64,000 nt of DNA from assembly GCA_963724765.1 (NCBI GenBank), contig CAVRVY010000001.1, forward strand, positions 768,001-832,000, given 5' to 3'. The notes beneath the pieces are model-generated. The model saw only the letters and a list, made by a program, of their open reading frames with translations. It searched no databases and was not told the origin of the DNA. Positions 24,246-43,584 of the stretch are shown one piece after another (the stretch's first letter is position 1; every line of letters starts with the position of its first letter). Position numbers and translations under genes: made by a program. The stretch comes from an uncultured delta proteobacterium. GTDB lineage: Bacteria; Desulfobacterota; Binatia; Binatales; Binataceae.

Positions 24246-24274
24246 TTGACAGTCTTTAGGGGCGGGAATAGTTA
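24246..24274 (+). promoter_or_regulatory. Putative sigma70 promoter of the tRNA cluster
   Basis: TTGACA, 17 nt, TAGTTA; ends 20 nt before tRNA-Thr; the -10 element is non-consensus. Confidence 0.5.
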
Positions 24275-24294
24275 GGTTAGTTTACGATCCGTGG

Positions 24295-24366
24295 GCCGAT
24301 GTAGCTCAACGGTAGAGCAACTGATTTGTAATCAGTAGGTTGACGGTTCAAATCCGCCCATCGGCT
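24295..24366 (+). tRNA. tRNA-Thr(TGT)
   Basis: GCCGATG/CATCGGC acceptor, ACTGA-TTTGTAA-TCAGT anticodon arm, TTCAAAT T-loop; CCA not encoded. Confidence 0.95.
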
Positions 24367-24389
24367 CAGGTCACGAGAGTTTTCGGAGC

Positions 24390-24475
<86 letters not shown>

Positions 24476-24504
24476 GTGATCGCAGGGTTTTGGCGCCTGT
24501 GTGG

Positions 24505-24580
24505 GCGGGAATAGCTCAGTTGGTAGAGCGCGAGCCTTCCAAGCTCGGGGTCGCGGGTTCGAATCCCGTTTCCCGCTCCA
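24505..24580 (+). tRNA. tRNA-Gly(TCC)
   Basis: GCGGGAA/TTCCCGC acceptor, CGAGC-CTTCCAA-GCTCG, ends TCCA. Confidence 0.97.
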
Positions 24581-24639
24581 TAAGCCTTATCGTGCCGCGC
24601 CACATGGAGCCGCGGCGCGCGGGCGCGGGATGAAATTGG

Positions 24640-24712
<73 letters not shown>

Positions 24713-24842
24713 TGCAGAATCTGGCCGGCCACGCGGCATGGCGGCATACAACCGCGGCATGCGATAAAGTTGGTTCCTCAGGGCCGGTAGAGTTGGTCCC
24801 AGAACCGATAGGACCGATAGGACCGATAAGTAGAGAGGGACG

Positions 24843-24995
24843 ATGCGAGATTTGATAGGCTTGGCGTGTGATAGCTGCAAAAGGCGTAACTATACGACCA
24901 GCAAGAACAAGAAGAAGCAGACCGAGAAGTTCGTGATCAAGAAGTTCTGTCCGTCGTGCCGCTCGCACACCGCCCATCGCGAGACCAAGGTCTAG
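24843..24995 (+). CDS. rpmG: 50S ribosomal protein L33 (Zn-binding form)
   Basis: Own translation, not in the ORF track: MRDLIGLACDSCKRRNYTTSKNKKKQTEKFVIKKFCPSCRSHTAHRETKV. Confidence 0.97.
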   Translation: MRDLIGLACDSCKRRNYTTSKNKKKQTEKFVIKKFCPSCRSHTAHRETKV

Positions 24996-25195
24996 CGGGG
25001 CCAGGTGTCGCGAGACAATTCGGACGAGGCCTCCGGTACAGACGGACGCATCTGAATCTGGCGGGTTGGATGCGAAGCGTCGGCGACGGCGTGGTCCGTT
25101 CGATGTCGCGGGCGGGTGGAGGCTGCGGGGCCGGATATCGGCGGGTATTTGGGCTTATGGTTGGCGAGGGTATGATATAAGCATGGCTTCACGGA

Positions 25196-25273
25196 GGGTC
25201 AGTAGCTCTAACTGGCTAGAGCATCGGACTCCAAATCCGAGGGTTGCAGGTTCGAATCCTGCCTGGCCCGCCA
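25196..25273 (+). tRNA. tRNA-Trp(CCA)
   Basis: GGGTCAG/CTGGCCC acceptor, TCGGA-CTCCAAA-TCCGA, ends GCCA; usual position before secE. Confidence 0.96.
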
Positions 25274-25310
25274 TCGCATCTCATTATAGCGCTTGAATTG
25301 ATGCACTATT

Positions 25311-25514
25311 ATGGATAGTCTGAAAAGTTACCTCGATCGGTCGGTCAGTTTTGTCCAGGAGGCGTGGACGGAGCTGGCGAAAGTCCATTTTCCTACGCCC
25401 CGGGAGACGGCACAGGCGACCTTCGTAGTGGTTATATTAACGCTGGTGATGGCGATGTGGCTGGGGTTGGCCGATTTCGCCGCGACCCGGATAGTCCGCC
25501 AGCTGTTGGGATAG
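25311..25514 (+). CDS. secE: Preprotein translocase subunit SecE
   Basis: ELAKVHFPTPRET followed by one TM helix; lies between tRNA-Trp and nusG. Confidence 0.93.
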   Translation: MDSLKSYLDRSVSFVQEAWTELAKVHFPTPRETAQATFVVVILTLVMAMWLGLADFAATRIVRQLLG

Positions 25515-25623
25515 GCGCAACGCTCGTGACACGTATCGCAACCGGCGCCGGCGAGCGCTCAGGCGATGCGGCTTTCGTGATTCGGCCCCAAGGCGCGGCC
25601 GCCCGGGGCTCGGCACTTTGATT

Positions 25624-26220
25624 ATGGCAGACGCAGCAGGATCCACCGCGGCAAGCGCAACCGACGCCAAAGCGGCCGTCCACCACCCAAGTTGGAAGTG
25701 GTACGTGGTGCACACCTACTCCGGCTACGAGCAGAAGGCCAAGGCCGCGCTCGAGGAGCGGGTGCGCTCGATGGGGATGGAAGACAAGATCGGCGAAGTG
25801 CTGGTTCCGGTCGAGCGCGTACAGGAACTGGGCAAGGGCGGGCAGCGCAAAATTTCGAGCCGCAAGTTCTTCCCCGGCTACATCTTCGTCAACATGGAGC
25901 TAACCGACGAGACCTGGCACGTAATCAAGGACACGCCCAAGATAACCGGCTTCGTCGGCCATGCCACCGCCCCGCCCGAAGTGCCGGAATCCGAGGTGCG
26001 CCAGATAACGCAGCAGATGCAGGAGGGCGCGCTCAGGCCCAAGCCCAAGGTGCTGTTCGAGGTGGGCGAGGCGGTCAAGGTGGTCGACGGCCCGTTCCAG
26101 GATTTCAACGGGACGGTCGAGGAAGTGCGGCCTGAGAAGGGCAAGGTGCGCGTGCTGATCTCGATTTTCGGACGCGCCACGCCGGTCGAGCTCGATTTCG
26201 TGCAGGTGGAGAAATCATAG
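25624..26220 (+). CDS. nusG: Transcription termination/antitermination factor NusG
   Basis: WYVVHTYSGYE, FFPGYIFV, KOW motif DGPFQDF, IFGRATPVELDF. Confidence 0.98.
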   Translation: MADAAGSTAASATDAKAAVHHPSWKWYVVHTYSGYEQKAKAALEERVRSMGMEDKIGEVLVPVERVQELGKGGQRKISSRKFFPGYIFVNMELTDETWHVIKDTPKITGFVGHATAPPEVPESEVRQITQQMQEGALRPKPKVLFEVGEAVKVVDGPFQDFNGTVEEVRPEKGKVRVLISIFGRATPVELDFVQVEKS

Positions 26221-26230
26221 AAAGCGTGGC

Positions 26231-26269
26231 CGGGAGCCGGCGCCGAAATGGCGGCGGCTTAAAGCCCCG
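26231..26269 (+). promoter_or_regulatory. Putative uL1-binding autoregulatory leader of rplK-rplA
   Basis: CGGGAG-hairpin-TTAAAGCCCCG: two helices flanking an asymmetric purine-rich internal loop, like known L1 mRNA targets. Confidence 0.5.
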
Positions 26270-26342
26270 TTTATCGTGACCAGAGATTCACGGCTATCTA
26301 GCGGGTATCGAGACTGACATTGAGAGACGGATATTGATTTAG

Positions 26343-26768
26343 ATGGCGAAGAAAGTCGTCGGCCAGATAAAGTTGCAGATTCCGGCGGGAGCGGCCAATC
26401 CCTCTCCCCCGGTCGGTCCCGCGCTCGGCCAGCGCGGGGTCAATATCATGGAGTTCTGCAAGGCCTTCAATGCGCAGACCCAGGCAATGCAGGGCTTGGT
26501 CATCCCGGTGATCGTCACGGTCTATGCCGACCGCTCCTTCACCTTCGTGACCAAGAGCCCGCCGGCTTCGATCCTGCTGTTGCGTGCGGCCGGGATTGAG
26601 AAGGGATCGCCGCTGCCCAACAAGAACAAGGTCGGCAAGGTCACCCACAAGCAGGTCGAGGAGATCGCCAAGACCAAGGTCAAGGACCTGACCGCCGCCA
26701 GTATCGAGGCGGCGGCGCGCACGGTGGCCGGCACGGCGCGTTCGATGGGTATTGACGTAGTTGAATAG
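26343..26768 (+). CDS. rplK: 50S ribosomal protein L11
   Basis: [26 protein letters not shown]. Confidence 0.99.
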   Translation: MAKKVVGQIKLQIPAGAANPSPPVGPALGQRGVNIMEFCKAFNAQTQAMQGLVIPVIVTVYADRSFTFVTKSPPASILLLRAAGIEKGSPLPNKNKVGKVTHKQVEEIAKTKVKDLTAASIEAAARTVAGTARSMGIDVVE

Positions 26769-26799
26769 AGGTCGAGTAGAGCAGCAGGCGAATCAGGAT

Positions 26800-27507
26800 A
26801 TGGCAGGAAAAAAATACCGCGAGGCGGCCAAGCAGGTCGATCCCGAAAAGCGCTATACCCTCGAGGAAGCGCTCAAGATCGTAGCCGCCAACAAGGTCGC
26901 TAAGTTCGACGAGACGGTGGAACTCGCAGTGCGGCTCAACGTCGATCCGCGCCAGGCCGACCAGAACGTGCGCGGCACGGTGGTGCTGCCCAACGGCACC
27001 GGCAAGGTGTCGCGCGTGCTGGTGCTGGCCAAGGGCGACAAGGAGCGCGAGGCGCGCGAGGCGGGCGCCGATTTCGTCGGCGGCGAAGACCTCATCAAGC
27101 GCATCCAGGAGGAGAACTGGCTCGACTTCGACCGCGTCATCGCGACTCCCGATATCATGGGCGCGGTCGGCCGGATCGGTAAAATCCTGGGACCGCGCGG
27201 CCTGATGCCCAATCCGCGCGTCGGCACCGTGACCTTCGACGTCGCCAAGGCGGTCGGCGAAGTCAAGGCGGGCAAGGTGGACTACCGGGTCGACAAGGCC
27301 GGAGTGATCCACGCGCGCATCGGCAAGCTCAGCTTCGGCGAGGCCAAGCTGGCGGAGAATGCGAATACGCTGCTCAACGCGATCGCACGCGCCAAGCCGT
27401 CCAGCGCCAAGGGCAACTATGTAAAGAGCGTCTCGGTGTCCTCGACCATGGGGCCCGGCGTGAAGGTCGATCCCGGCGCGGCACGTATCGTGGCGGCCGC
27501 GGCGTGA
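26800..27507 (+). CDS. rplA: 50S ribosomal protein L1
   Basis: [24 protein letters not shown]; ATG at 26800. Confidence 0.99.
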   Translation: MAGKKYREAAKQVDPEKRYTLEEALKIVAANKVAKFDETVELAVRLNVDPRQADQNVRGTVVLPNGTGKVSRVLVLAKGDKEREAREAGADFVGGEDLIKRIQEENWLDFDRVIATPDIMGAVGRIGKILGPRGLMPNPRVGTVTFDVAKAVGEVKAGKVDYRVDKAGVIHARIGKLSFGEAKLAENANTLLNAIARAKPSSAKGNYVKSVSVSSTMGPGVKVDPGAARIVAAAA

Positions 27508-27523
27508 AGGGAATCTGAAGAGC

Positions 27524-28159
27524 ATGCGCAAGGAACAGAAGACTGCGCTGGTAGCGGAAATTACCGAGGGACTCGGCCGCGCCAGTATCGCGCTGGTATC
27601 CGAATATCGTGGGATAACGGCGGGCGAGGCGACCGAAGTGCGTCGCAAGCTGCGCGCGGTGCGTGGCGAGTTGCGAGTGGCCAAGAACACGCTCATCCGC
27701 CGCGCGATCAAGGACACGGCCTTCTCGCAGCTCGACGGCCAGCTCGGCGGCCCGGTGGGCCTTATCCTGAGCTTCGCCGACCCGGTCGAACTGGCCAAGA
27801 CCGTGACCGGGATGCGCGAGTTGGGCGAGAAGTTCAAAGTCCGCGGCGGCGTGCTCGACGGCAAGCCGCTAAGCGGCGAGGAAATCCAGGCGCTGGCGGC
27901 GTTGCCGCCGCGCGAGGTAATCCTGGCGCAACTGCTCGGGCTGCTGATGGCGCCGGCGACGCAAGTGGTCCGGCTGCTCAACGAGCCCGGATCGGCACTG
28001 GCGCGACTGGTCGACGCGATCGGCAAAAAAAATGGCGACGCGGCGCCCCCCGCGGCCGGCAGTGCGGCGCCTCCCGCCGCGGCGCCGACAGACGCGGCGC
28101 CGGCCGACGCGGCGCCCAGCGACACGACTCCCAGCGACGCGGCGCCGAGCGAAGGCTGA
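27524..28159 (+). CDS. rplJ: 50S ribosomal protein L10 with Ala/Pro/Asp repeat tail
   Basis: EYRGIT, VAKNTLIRRA, LAALPPREVIL; tail of DAAPx repeats. Confidence 0.97.
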   Translation: MRKEQKTALVAEITEGLGRASIALVSEYRGITAGEATEVRRKLRAVRGELRVAKNTLIRRAIKDTAFSQLDGQLGGPVGLILSFADPVELAKTVTGMRELGEKFKVRGGVLDGKPLSGEEIQALAALPPREVILAQLLGLLMAPATQVVRLLNEPGSALARLVDAIGKKNGDAAPPAAGSAAPPAAAPTDAAPADAAPSDTTPSDAAPSEG

Positions 28160-28369
28160 TCGCGTGTGGGGCTGGGCAAGACACGGTTTGAGCCGTGCGG
28201 GTTCGAGTGGGGGGTAGAGCGGGGTGGTTCAGAGCGGGGCAGGTTCTAGACGAAGAAGTTGGACGAAGTCAAAAATTAAAGTGAAGAAAAGGCTCCCGGG
28301 TGAGGCGCTCCCACAAACACCCCTTCCGGCGGCCGCTGGCGACGAAATAAAGTAGAGAGGGATCCTGAG

Positions 28370-28759
28370 ATGTCAGAAGCAGCACAAGTAAACCGCGACC
28401 AGGTCAAGGACTTTTTGAAGAACATGAGCCTGATGGAAGCGGCGGCCCTGGTAAAGGAGCTCGAACAGGAGCTCGGCGTGTCGGCGGCGGCTCCGGTGGC
28501 GGTTGCGGCGGCGGGTCCGGCGGCAGCGGCAGCGCCAGCGGTGGAGAAGGACGAATTCACGGTGATGCTGACCGGGTCGGGCGAAAAGAAGATCCAGGTG
28601 ATCAAAGTCGTGCGCGAGCTCACCGGCCTTGGCCTCAAAGAAGCCAAGGACCTGGTTGACGGCGCTCCCAAGGCGGTTAAGGAAGGGGTCACCAAGGCCG
28701 AAGCGGAAGAGGTGCAGAAGAAGCTGGTGGAGGCGGGCGCCACGGTGGAGCTGAAGTAG
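28370..28759 (+). CDS. rplL: 50S ribosomal protein L7/L12
   Basis: [24 protein letters not shown]. Confidence 0.99.
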   Translation: MSEAAQVNRDQVKDFLKNMSLMEAAALVKELEQELGVSAAAPVAVAAAGPAAAAAPAVEKDEFTVMLTGSGEKKIQVIKVVRELTGLGLKEAKDLVDGAPKAVKEGVTKAEAEEVQKKLVEAGATVELK

Positions 28760-28942
28760 GTCCACGTATTCAGTGCAATTTGAATTTTGCGCAATTGAGC
28801 TGGCGGCAGCGGCAGGTGGCCGCGCCGAACGGCTCGGTTTCGCTCTGATAGAAGGCACGGGGCGCGGCTTACGAACAGCCGCGTCTGGCGCCTGTTCGAC
28901 GTTCCCCATGGCGCGCGCGGTCCGGCGCCAAGCGAGGTAGTG

Positions 28943-33055
<4,113 letters not shown>

Positions 33056-33078
33056 TGCGGTGCAAGGAGTAATCGGGT

Positions 33079-37340
<4,262 letters not shown>

Positions 37341-37344
<4 letters not shown>

Positions 37345-37483
37345 CAGTTCGCTCAGGATGCTTTAAATAAGTATGTTCACCCCAAGGGCGAGTCCGCCCT
37401 TGGGGGGTTTATTTGAAGAGCGGTTTCCCGTCCATCAGGGCGGGTGGAGCCGGCTCGGAGAGACGCTCCGGGCCGGGTTTTTT
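37341..37483 (+). promoter_or_regulatory. Structured rpoC-rpsL spacer: candidate promoter, hairpin, and terminator with competing helix
   Basis: TTGACA at 37341 overlapping the rpoC stop; hairpin 37380-37405; 11-bp hairpin 37450-37476 followed by GTTTTTT. Confidence 0.55.
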
Positions 37484-37551
37484 CGACAGGCTTGTGCGGG
37501 CCGGGGTGGAAAGGGGCGCCACCCGGCAAAGATGCAGTCCCGAGAGACGAC

Positions 37552-37923
37552 GTGCCGACCATCAACCAGCTGATTCGCCAGGCGCGCATCAAGAAGCGCT
37601 ACAAGATGAGTGCGCCGGCCCTGCAAGGCTCGCCGCAGAAACGCGGCGTGTGCACGCAGGTCAAGACCACCACGCCCAAGAAGCCCAACTCGGCACTGCG
37701 CAAGGTCGCGCGGGTGCGGCTATCCAACGGCTACGAGGTCAACACTTATATCCCGGGCGTCGGGCACAACCTGCAGGAGCACTCGGTGGTGCTGATTCGC
37801 GGGGGCCGGGTCAAGGACCTACCCGGCGTACGCTACCATGTCATCCGCGGCACGCTCGATTCGATCGGCGTCCAAGAACGGCGCAAGGGCCGCTCCAAGT
37901 ACGGCTCCAAAAAGCCCAAGTAG
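37552..37923 (+). CDS. rpsL: 30S ribosomal protein S12
   Basis: GTG start (M)PTINQL; [22 protein letters not shown]. Confidence 0.99.
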   Translation: MPTINQLIRQARIKKRYKMSAPALQGSPQKRGVCTQVKTTTPKKPNSALRKVARVRLSNGYEVNTYIPGVGHNLQEHSVVLIRGGRVKDLPGVRYHVIRGTLDSIGVQERRKGRSKYGSKKPK

Positions 37924-37932
37924 CACACAGCC

Positions 37933-38403
37933 ATGTCACGCAAGGGTCAGGCCCGCGTCCGGGAAGTTACCCCGGACCCAAAGTTTCACGACCGCACGCT
38001 CGCCAAGTTTGTCAATGTGGTGATGGTGCAGGGAAAAAAGTCGCTCGCCGAGCAGATTCTCTATCGCGCGCTCGACACTATCGCCGAGCGTTCCAAGGAG
38101 GATGGGCTGGTGGTCTTCAAGCGGGCGCTGGATAATATCCGCCCCGCGGTTGAAGTGCGCTCGCGGCGCGTAGGCGGCGCCAACTACCAGGTGCCGGTCG
38201 AAGTGCGGCCGGTGCGGCGCAACTCGCTCGCGATGCGCTGGCTGGTGACGGCGGCGCGCGCGCGCGGCGAGAAATCGATGGAAGAGCGGCTGGCGGTCGA
38301 GATTCTGGAAGCGGCTGGCAATCGCGGCGGCGCAGTCAAAAAGCGCGAGGACACCCATCGGATGGCCGAGGCCAACAAGGCCTTCGCCCATTATCGCTGG
38401 TAA
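37933..38403 (+). CDS. rpsG: 30S ribosomal protein S7
   Basis: [27 protein letters not shown]. Confidence 0.99.
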   Translation: MSRKGQARVREVTPDPKFHDRTLAKFVNVVMVQGKKSLAEQILYRALDTIAERSKEDGLVVFKRALDNIRPAVEVRSRRVGGANYQVPVEVRPVRRNSLAMRWLVTAARARGEKSMEERLAVEILEAAGNRGGAVKKREDTHRMAEANKAFAHYRW

Positions 38404-38503
38404 GACAAAAAATAATAATCACACCCCAACTTGGGTGATCGAAAGGCAGGATTAAGGAACCCGGTCGGGAAGCGGACGAATCGGAAGCATCGGAAGTAGT
38501 AAA

Positions 38504-40597
38504 ATGGCGCGTGAAACTCCCATAGAAGATGTGCGCAATATCGGTATCATGGCGCATATCGACGCCGGTAAGACCACCACTACCGAGCGAGTGCTGTACT
38601 ACACCGGAATCAATTACAAGATCGGTGAGGTGCACGAAGGCACCGCCACGATGGACTGGATGGTGCAGGAGCAGGAACGCGGCATCACCATCACGTCGGC
38701 TGCGACCACCTGCTTCTGGCGCGACCATCGGGTCAATATCATCGACACGCCCGGACACGTTGACTTCACCATCGAGGTTGAGCGGAGCCTGCGCGTGCTC
38801 GACGGCGCGGTGGCGGTGTTCTGCGCGGTCGGCGGGGTCGAGCCGCAATCCGAGACCGTGTGGCGCCAGGCCGACAAGTATCGCGTTCCGCGCATCGCGT
38901 TCGTCAACAAGATGGACCGGGTGGGCGCCGACTTCGAGCGCGTGGTCGGAGAGATCCGCGACAAGCTCAAGGCCAAGCCGCTGGTACTTCAGCTCCCGAT
39001 CGGCAACGAGGAAAAATTCACCGGCGTGGTCGACCTGGTCGAGAACCGCGCGCTCATCTGGGACGAGGATCGCCTCGGCGCCAACTACCGGGTCGAAGAG
39101 ATTCCGGCGGAGCTCAAGGAAAGCGCGCGCGGCTGGCGCGAGAAGATGATCGAGACGCTCGCCGACCACGACGAGCGCATCATGGAGATGTTCCTGGAAG
39201 GCAAGGACGAGCCGTCGCCGGAACAGATCCGCAAGGCCATCCGCGTCGCCACGCTCAACATCGAGGCGATTCCGGTGCTGATGGGCTCGGCGTTCCGCAA
39301 CAAGGGCGTACAGCCGATGCTCGACGCGGTGGTCGACTATCTGCCCTCGCCGCTGGACGTTCCGCCTATGATGGGCAAGGTCGGCGACAAGATGGAAGAG
39401 CGCTGGCCGCGCGATGATGCGCCATTCAGCGCGCTTGCGTTCAAGATCATGACCGACCCGTATGTCGGCACGCTGACTTTTTTGCGCGTGTACTCGGGAC
39501 GGCTGGAGAGCGGATCGTCGGTGCTCAATTCGACCAAGCAAAAGCGCGAGCGCATCGGACGGCTGGTCAAGATGCACGCCAACAAGCGCGAGGAAATTAC
39601 CGAAGTTTTCGCCGGCGACATCTGCGCGGTGGGACTGCGCGACACCACCACCGGCGACACCTTGTGCGACCCGGCGCATCCGATCGTGCTCGAGTCGATA
39701 GAATTTCCCGATCCGGTCATCCAGATCGCGATCGAGCCCAAGACCAAGGCCGACCAGGACCGCCTGGGCGAGTCGCTGGCCAAGCTCGCGCGCGAGGACC
39801 CGTCGTTCCGCGTGAGCGTCAACCGCGAAACCAGCCAGACGCTGATCGCCGGGATGGGCGAGTTGCACCTGGAGATCATCGTCGACCGCTTGCTGCGCGA
39901 GTTCAAAGTCGACGCCAACGTCGGCAAGCCGCAGGTCGCTTACCGCGAGACCATCCGCAAGCCCGCGGAAGCCGAAGGGCGTTTCGTGCGCCAAAGCGGC
40001 GGCCACGGGCAGTTCGGCGTGGTCGACCTGCGTATCGAGCCGATCGAGAAGGGCGGCGGATTCGAATTCGTCGACGCCACCAAGGGCGGCTCGATCCCGC
40101 GCAACTTCATCCCGTCGGTCGAAGACGGGGTGAAGGAAGCGATGGAGACCGGCGTGCTGGCGGGCTATCCGATGGTCGACGTTCGCGTCATCCTGCTCGA
40201 CGGCAAGTACCACGAGGTCGACTCCTCGGAACTCGCGTTCAAGATTGCGGCCTCGATGGGTTTGCGCGAGGCGGTCGAGAAGGCCAGCCCCGTGCTACTC
40301 GAGCCGGTGATGGAAGTCGAAGTGGTGATGCCGCAGGAATTCATGGGCGAGGTGATCGGCGACCTCAACGGGCGGCGCGGCAAGATTCTCAACATGGAGA
40401 ACCGCGCCGGCGCCCAGGTGGTCGAAGCGCGCGTGCCGCTGGCCACGATGTTCGGTTACGCGACCCGTCTGCGTTCGATGACGCAGGGACGGGCGACTTA
40501 CACGATGCAGTTCGGCGCCTACGAACCGGTGCCGCAGCAGATATACACGGAGTTGATGGAGCGTAGCGGCGAGAATGCCGAGCGCGCTCGGGCCTAA
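38504..40597 (+). CDS. fusA: Elongation factor G
   Basis: [32 protein letters not shown]. Confidence 0.99.
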   Translation: MARETPIEDVRNIGIMAHIDAGKTTTTERVLYYTGINYKIGEVHEGTATMDWMVQEQERGITITSAATTCFWRDHRVNIIDTPGHVDFTIEVERSLRVLDGAVAVFCAVGGVEPQSETVWRQADKYRVPRIAFVNKMDRVGADFERVVGEIRDKLKAKPLVLQLPIGNEEKFTGVVDLVENRALIWDEDRLGANYRVEEIPAELKESARGWREKMIETLADHDERIMEMFLEGKDEPSPEQIRKAIRVATLNIEAIPVLMGSAFRNKGVQPMLDAVVDYLPSPLDVPPMMGKVGDKMEERWPRDDAPFSALAFKIMTDPYVGTLTFLRVYSGRLESGSSVLNSTKQKRERIGRLVKMHANKREEITEVFAGDICAVGLRDTTTGDTLCDPAHPIVLESIEFPDPVIQIAIEPKTKADQDRLGESLAKLAREDPSFRVSVNRETSQTLIAGMGELHLEIIVDRLLREFKVDANVGKPQVAYRETIRKPAEAEGRFVRQSGGHGQFGVVDLRIEPIEKGGGFEFVDATKGGSIPRNFIPSVEDGVKEAMETGVLAGYPMVDVRVILLDGKYHEVDSSELAFKIAASMGLREAVEKASPVLLEPVMEVEVVMPQEFMGEVIGDLNGRRGKILNMENRAGAQVVEARVPLATMFGYATRLRSMTQGRATYTMQFGAYEPVPQQIYTELMERSGENAERARA

Positions 40598-40635
40598 CGG
40601 AGTCAGCCAGGGAGGGTCACACCGGAGGACGGATC

Positions 40636-41835
40636 ATGGGCAAGGCTAAATTCGAACGTAACAAGCCGCACGCGAATGTGGGCACGATCGGCCATATCGA
40701 CCACGGCAAGACCACGCTCACCGCGGCGATCACCAAGGTGCTCTCTGCGAAGAAACTTGCCCAGTTCGTCGCCTTCGATCAAATCGACAAGGCGCCCGAG
40801 GAACGCGAGCGCGGCATCACCATCGCGATCGCGCACGTCGAGTACGAGACCGCCAATCGTCACTACGCGCACGTCGATTGTCCGGGCCACGCCGACTACA
40901 TCAAGAATATGATTACCGGCGCCGCCCAGATGGACGGCGCCATCCTGGTGGTCGGAGCCAACGACGGGCCGATGCCGCAGACGCGCGAGCATATCCTGCT
41001 CGCGCGCCAGGTCGGCGTGCCTTCGATCGTGGTCTTCATGAACAAGGTTGACATGGTCGACGACCCCGAATTGCTCGACCTGGTCGAGCTCGAAGTGCGC
41101 GACCTGCTCAAGAAATACGAATTTCCGGGCGACGACGTGCCGGTCATCCGCGGCAGCGCCCTTAAGGCGCTCAACTGCGGCTGCGGCAAGGACGACTGCC
41201 CCAACTGCAAGCCGATCCTCGATCTGATGGCGGCGGTCGACAGCTACATCCCCCAGCCCACGCGCGAGATCGAAAAACCCTTCCTGATGCCGGTCGAGGA
41301 CGTGTTCTCGATCTCCGGCCGCGGTACGGTGGTCACCGGACGCGTCGAGCGCGGCAAGGTCAAGGTTGGCGAGGAAGTGGAAATCGTCGGCTTCCGCGAC
41401 ACCTCCAAGACGGTGGTGACCGGAGTCGAGATGTTCCGCAAGATTCTCGACGAAGGGCAGGCGGGCGACAATATCGGCGTGCTCCTGCGCGGACTCAAGC
41501 GCGAAGATGTCGAGCGTGGACAGGTGCTGGCCCGCCCCGGCAGCATCACGCCGCACACCAACTTCGAGGCCGAGGCTTACATCCTGACCAAGGAAGAGGG
41601 CGGACGGCATACGCCGTTCTTCACCGGCTACCGGCCGCAGTTCTACTTCCGCACCACCGACGTGACGGGAGTGCTCAATCTGCCCGAAGGCACGGAGATG
41701 GTGATGCCCGGCGACAACATCAAGATCACGGGCGAACTGATCACGCCGGTCGCGATGGACGAGGGGCTGCGCTTCGCTATCCGCGAGGGTGGCCGTACGG
41801 TCGGCGCGGGCGTGGTTTCCAAAGTCCTGAAGTAA
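40636..41835 (+). CDS. tuf: Elongation factor Tu
   Basis: [30 protein letters not shown]. Confidence 0.99.
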   Translation: MGKAKFERNKPHANVGTIGHIDHGKTTLTAAITKVLSAKKLAQFVAFDQIDKAPEERERGITIAIAHVEYETANRHYAHVDCPGHADYIKNMITGAAQMDGAILVVGANDGPMPQTREHILLARQVGVPSIVVFMNKVDMVDDPELLDLVELEVRDLLKKYEFPGDDVPVIRGSALKALNCGCGKDDCPNCKPILDLMAAVDSYIPQPTREIEKPFLMPVEDVFSISGRGTVVTGRVERGKVKVGEEVEIVGFRDTSKTVVTGVEMFRKILDEGQAGDNIGVLLRGLKREDVERGQVLARPGSITPHTNFEAEAYILTKEEGGRHTPFFTGYRPQFYFRTTDVTGVLNLPEGTEMVMPGDNIKITGELITPVAMDEGLRFAIREGGRTVGAGVVSKVLK

Positions 41836-41936
41836 AGTCCTGACGTAAGGGCTTGGAAGTAAACATGATGACGATGAGACGGGGATTGGGATGGGTGCGA
41901 GTGCCGGTAAGGGCGGCTGACGGAAATCTGGTTTAG

Positions 41937-42245
41937 ATGAACGATAAGATCCGCATACGCCTTAAAGCGTACGACTACCGGCTGCTCGACCAGTCGGTGC
42001 GCGAGATCGTGGATACGATCCGGCGTACCGGCGGGCGCGTGGCGGGACCGATCCCGCTGCCCACGCGAATTGAGCGTTTCTGCGTCAACCGCTCACCGCA
42101 CGTCGATAAGAAATCGCGCGAGCACTTCGAAATCCGCACGCACAAGCGGCTGCTGGACGTGCTCGAACCGACCCAGCAAACCATCGACGCGCTCGGCAAG
42201 CTCGACCTTGCCGCGGGAGTCGACGTTGAAATCAAACTCGAGTAG
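41937..42245 (+). CDS. rpsJ: 30S ribosomal protein S10
   Basis: [27 protein letters not shown]. Confidence 0.99.
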   Translation: MNDKIRIRLKAYDYRLLDQSVREIVDTIRRTGGRVAGPIPLPTRIERFCVNRSPHVDKKSREHFEIRTHKRLLDVLEPTQQTIDALGKLDLAAGVDVEIKLE

Positions 42246-42251
42246 CGCGCC

Positions 42252-42917
42252 ATGCTGAGCGGACTCATCGGAAAAAAGCTGGGCATGACCCAGGTGACCG
42301 AGGCCACCGGCACGGTGCGGGCGGCGACGGTTATCCAGCTCGGTCCGTGCGCGGTGACGCAGATCAAAACCGCCGCGACCGACGGCTATGACGCCGTGCA
42401 GATAAGTTTCGGACGGCGGCGGGTCTCGCGTGTGAGCGCGCCGCTGCGCGGCCATTATGCCAAGGCTGAGGTCGCACCGGGGATCAAGCTGGGCGAGTTC
42501 GATCGCCGCGGCGAAAGCGAACTCAAGCCGGGCCAGAATATCGCCGCCGCCGACGTCTTCAAAGCGGGCGACGTGGTCGATGTGTCGGGCACTTCCAAGG
42601 GCCGCGGCTACGCCGGCGTTATCCGGCGCCATCACTTCGCCGGCTTTCCCGGATCGCGCGGCACGCACGAGTATTTTCGCCATGGCGGATCGATCGGTAA
42701 CCGCTCCTACCCGGGCCGCGTGCGCAAGGGGATGCGGATGGCGGGACAGCTAGGCAACGAGAGCGCCACGGTGCTCAATTTGAAGGTGCTCGAGATTTTA
42801 CCCGACGACAACGCGATCCTGGTATCGGGCGCGGTGCCCGGCGCCGACGGCACGATGGTGGTGGTGTATCACTCGGCCAAGGAGCGCGTCCGCCAGGCGG
42901 AGTCGGCCAATGGCTGA
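42252..42917 (+). CDS. rplC: 50S ribosomal protein L3
   Basis: [27 protein letters not shown]. Confidence 0.98.
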   Translation: MLSGLIGKKLGMTQVTEATGTVRAATVIQLGPCAVTQIKTAATDGYDAVQISFGRRRVSRVSAPLRGHYAKAEVAPGIKLGEFDRRGESELKPGQNIAAADVFKAGDVVDVSGTSKGRGYAGVIRRHHFAGFPGSRGTHEYFRHGGSIGNRSYPGRVRKGMRMAGQLGNESATVLNLKVLEILPDDNAILVSGAVPGADGTMVVVYHSAKERVRQAESANG

Positions 42918-43584
42918 GCGCAAGCATCGTGAGGCAGTGAAACCGCCGGAGGCGGTCAAAGTGCCGCTCTTTTCGGCGTCGCGTGAGCGCGTGGGCGAAA
43001 TCGAGGTCGCGGGCGTGGTCTTCGGCCGCACGGGCGACAAATCGCTTTTGTACGAAGCGGTTAAGATGCAGATGGCGAACCGGCGCTCGGGAACCGCCTC
43101 GACCAAGACGCGCGGGTTCATCTCGGGCGGCGGCAAAAAGCCATGGCGGCAAAAAGGCACCGGGCGGGCGCGAGCCGGCTCGATCCGCTCGCCCATCTGG
43201 CGTCATGGCGGGACGATCTTTGGACCCCAGCCGCGCGACTACTCCTACAAGATGCCCAAGCAGGCGTGGCGACGCGCGCTCTGCCTGGCGCTCTCGGACC
43301 GCGCGGCTAACGGCAAGCTGGTGGTGACGCAGTCGCTGGAGTTGTCGGAGCCCAAGACCAAGGCGGCCAAGGCGATGCTCGAGGCGCTGGGCCTAAAGCA
43401 CGCGCTGATCGTGCTCGGCGAGGGCGAAGACAGTTTCTTCCGCGCCGCGCGCAATCTCGCCGCCCACAAGGTGCTGGCCGTGGCGGGACTCAACGTTTAC
43501 GACTTGCTCAACTACGACGAAGTGTTGATGAGCGAGACGGTCGCGCGCGCGATCGAGGCGCGGCTTAAGGGAGAGACGCGATGA
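42910..43584 (+). CDS. rplD: 50S ribosomal protein L4
   Basis: KPWRQKGTGRARAGSIRSP. Confidence 0.98.
   Translation: MAERKHREAVKPPEAVKVPLFSASRERVGEIEVAGVVFGRTGDKSLLYEAVKMQMANRRSGTASTKTRGFISGGGKKPWRQKGTGRARAGSIRSPIWRHGGTIFGPQPRDYSYKMPKQAWRRALCLALSDRAANGKLVVTQSLELSEPKTKAAKAMLEALGLKHALIVLGEGEDSFFRAARNLAAHKVLAVAGLNVYDLLNYDEVLMSETVARAIEARLKGETR

Noticed and set aside
39610-39640. Apparent one-residue deletion in EF-G domain II (GDICAVGL)
   Set aside because: In-frame, minor, and cannot be judged without an alignment
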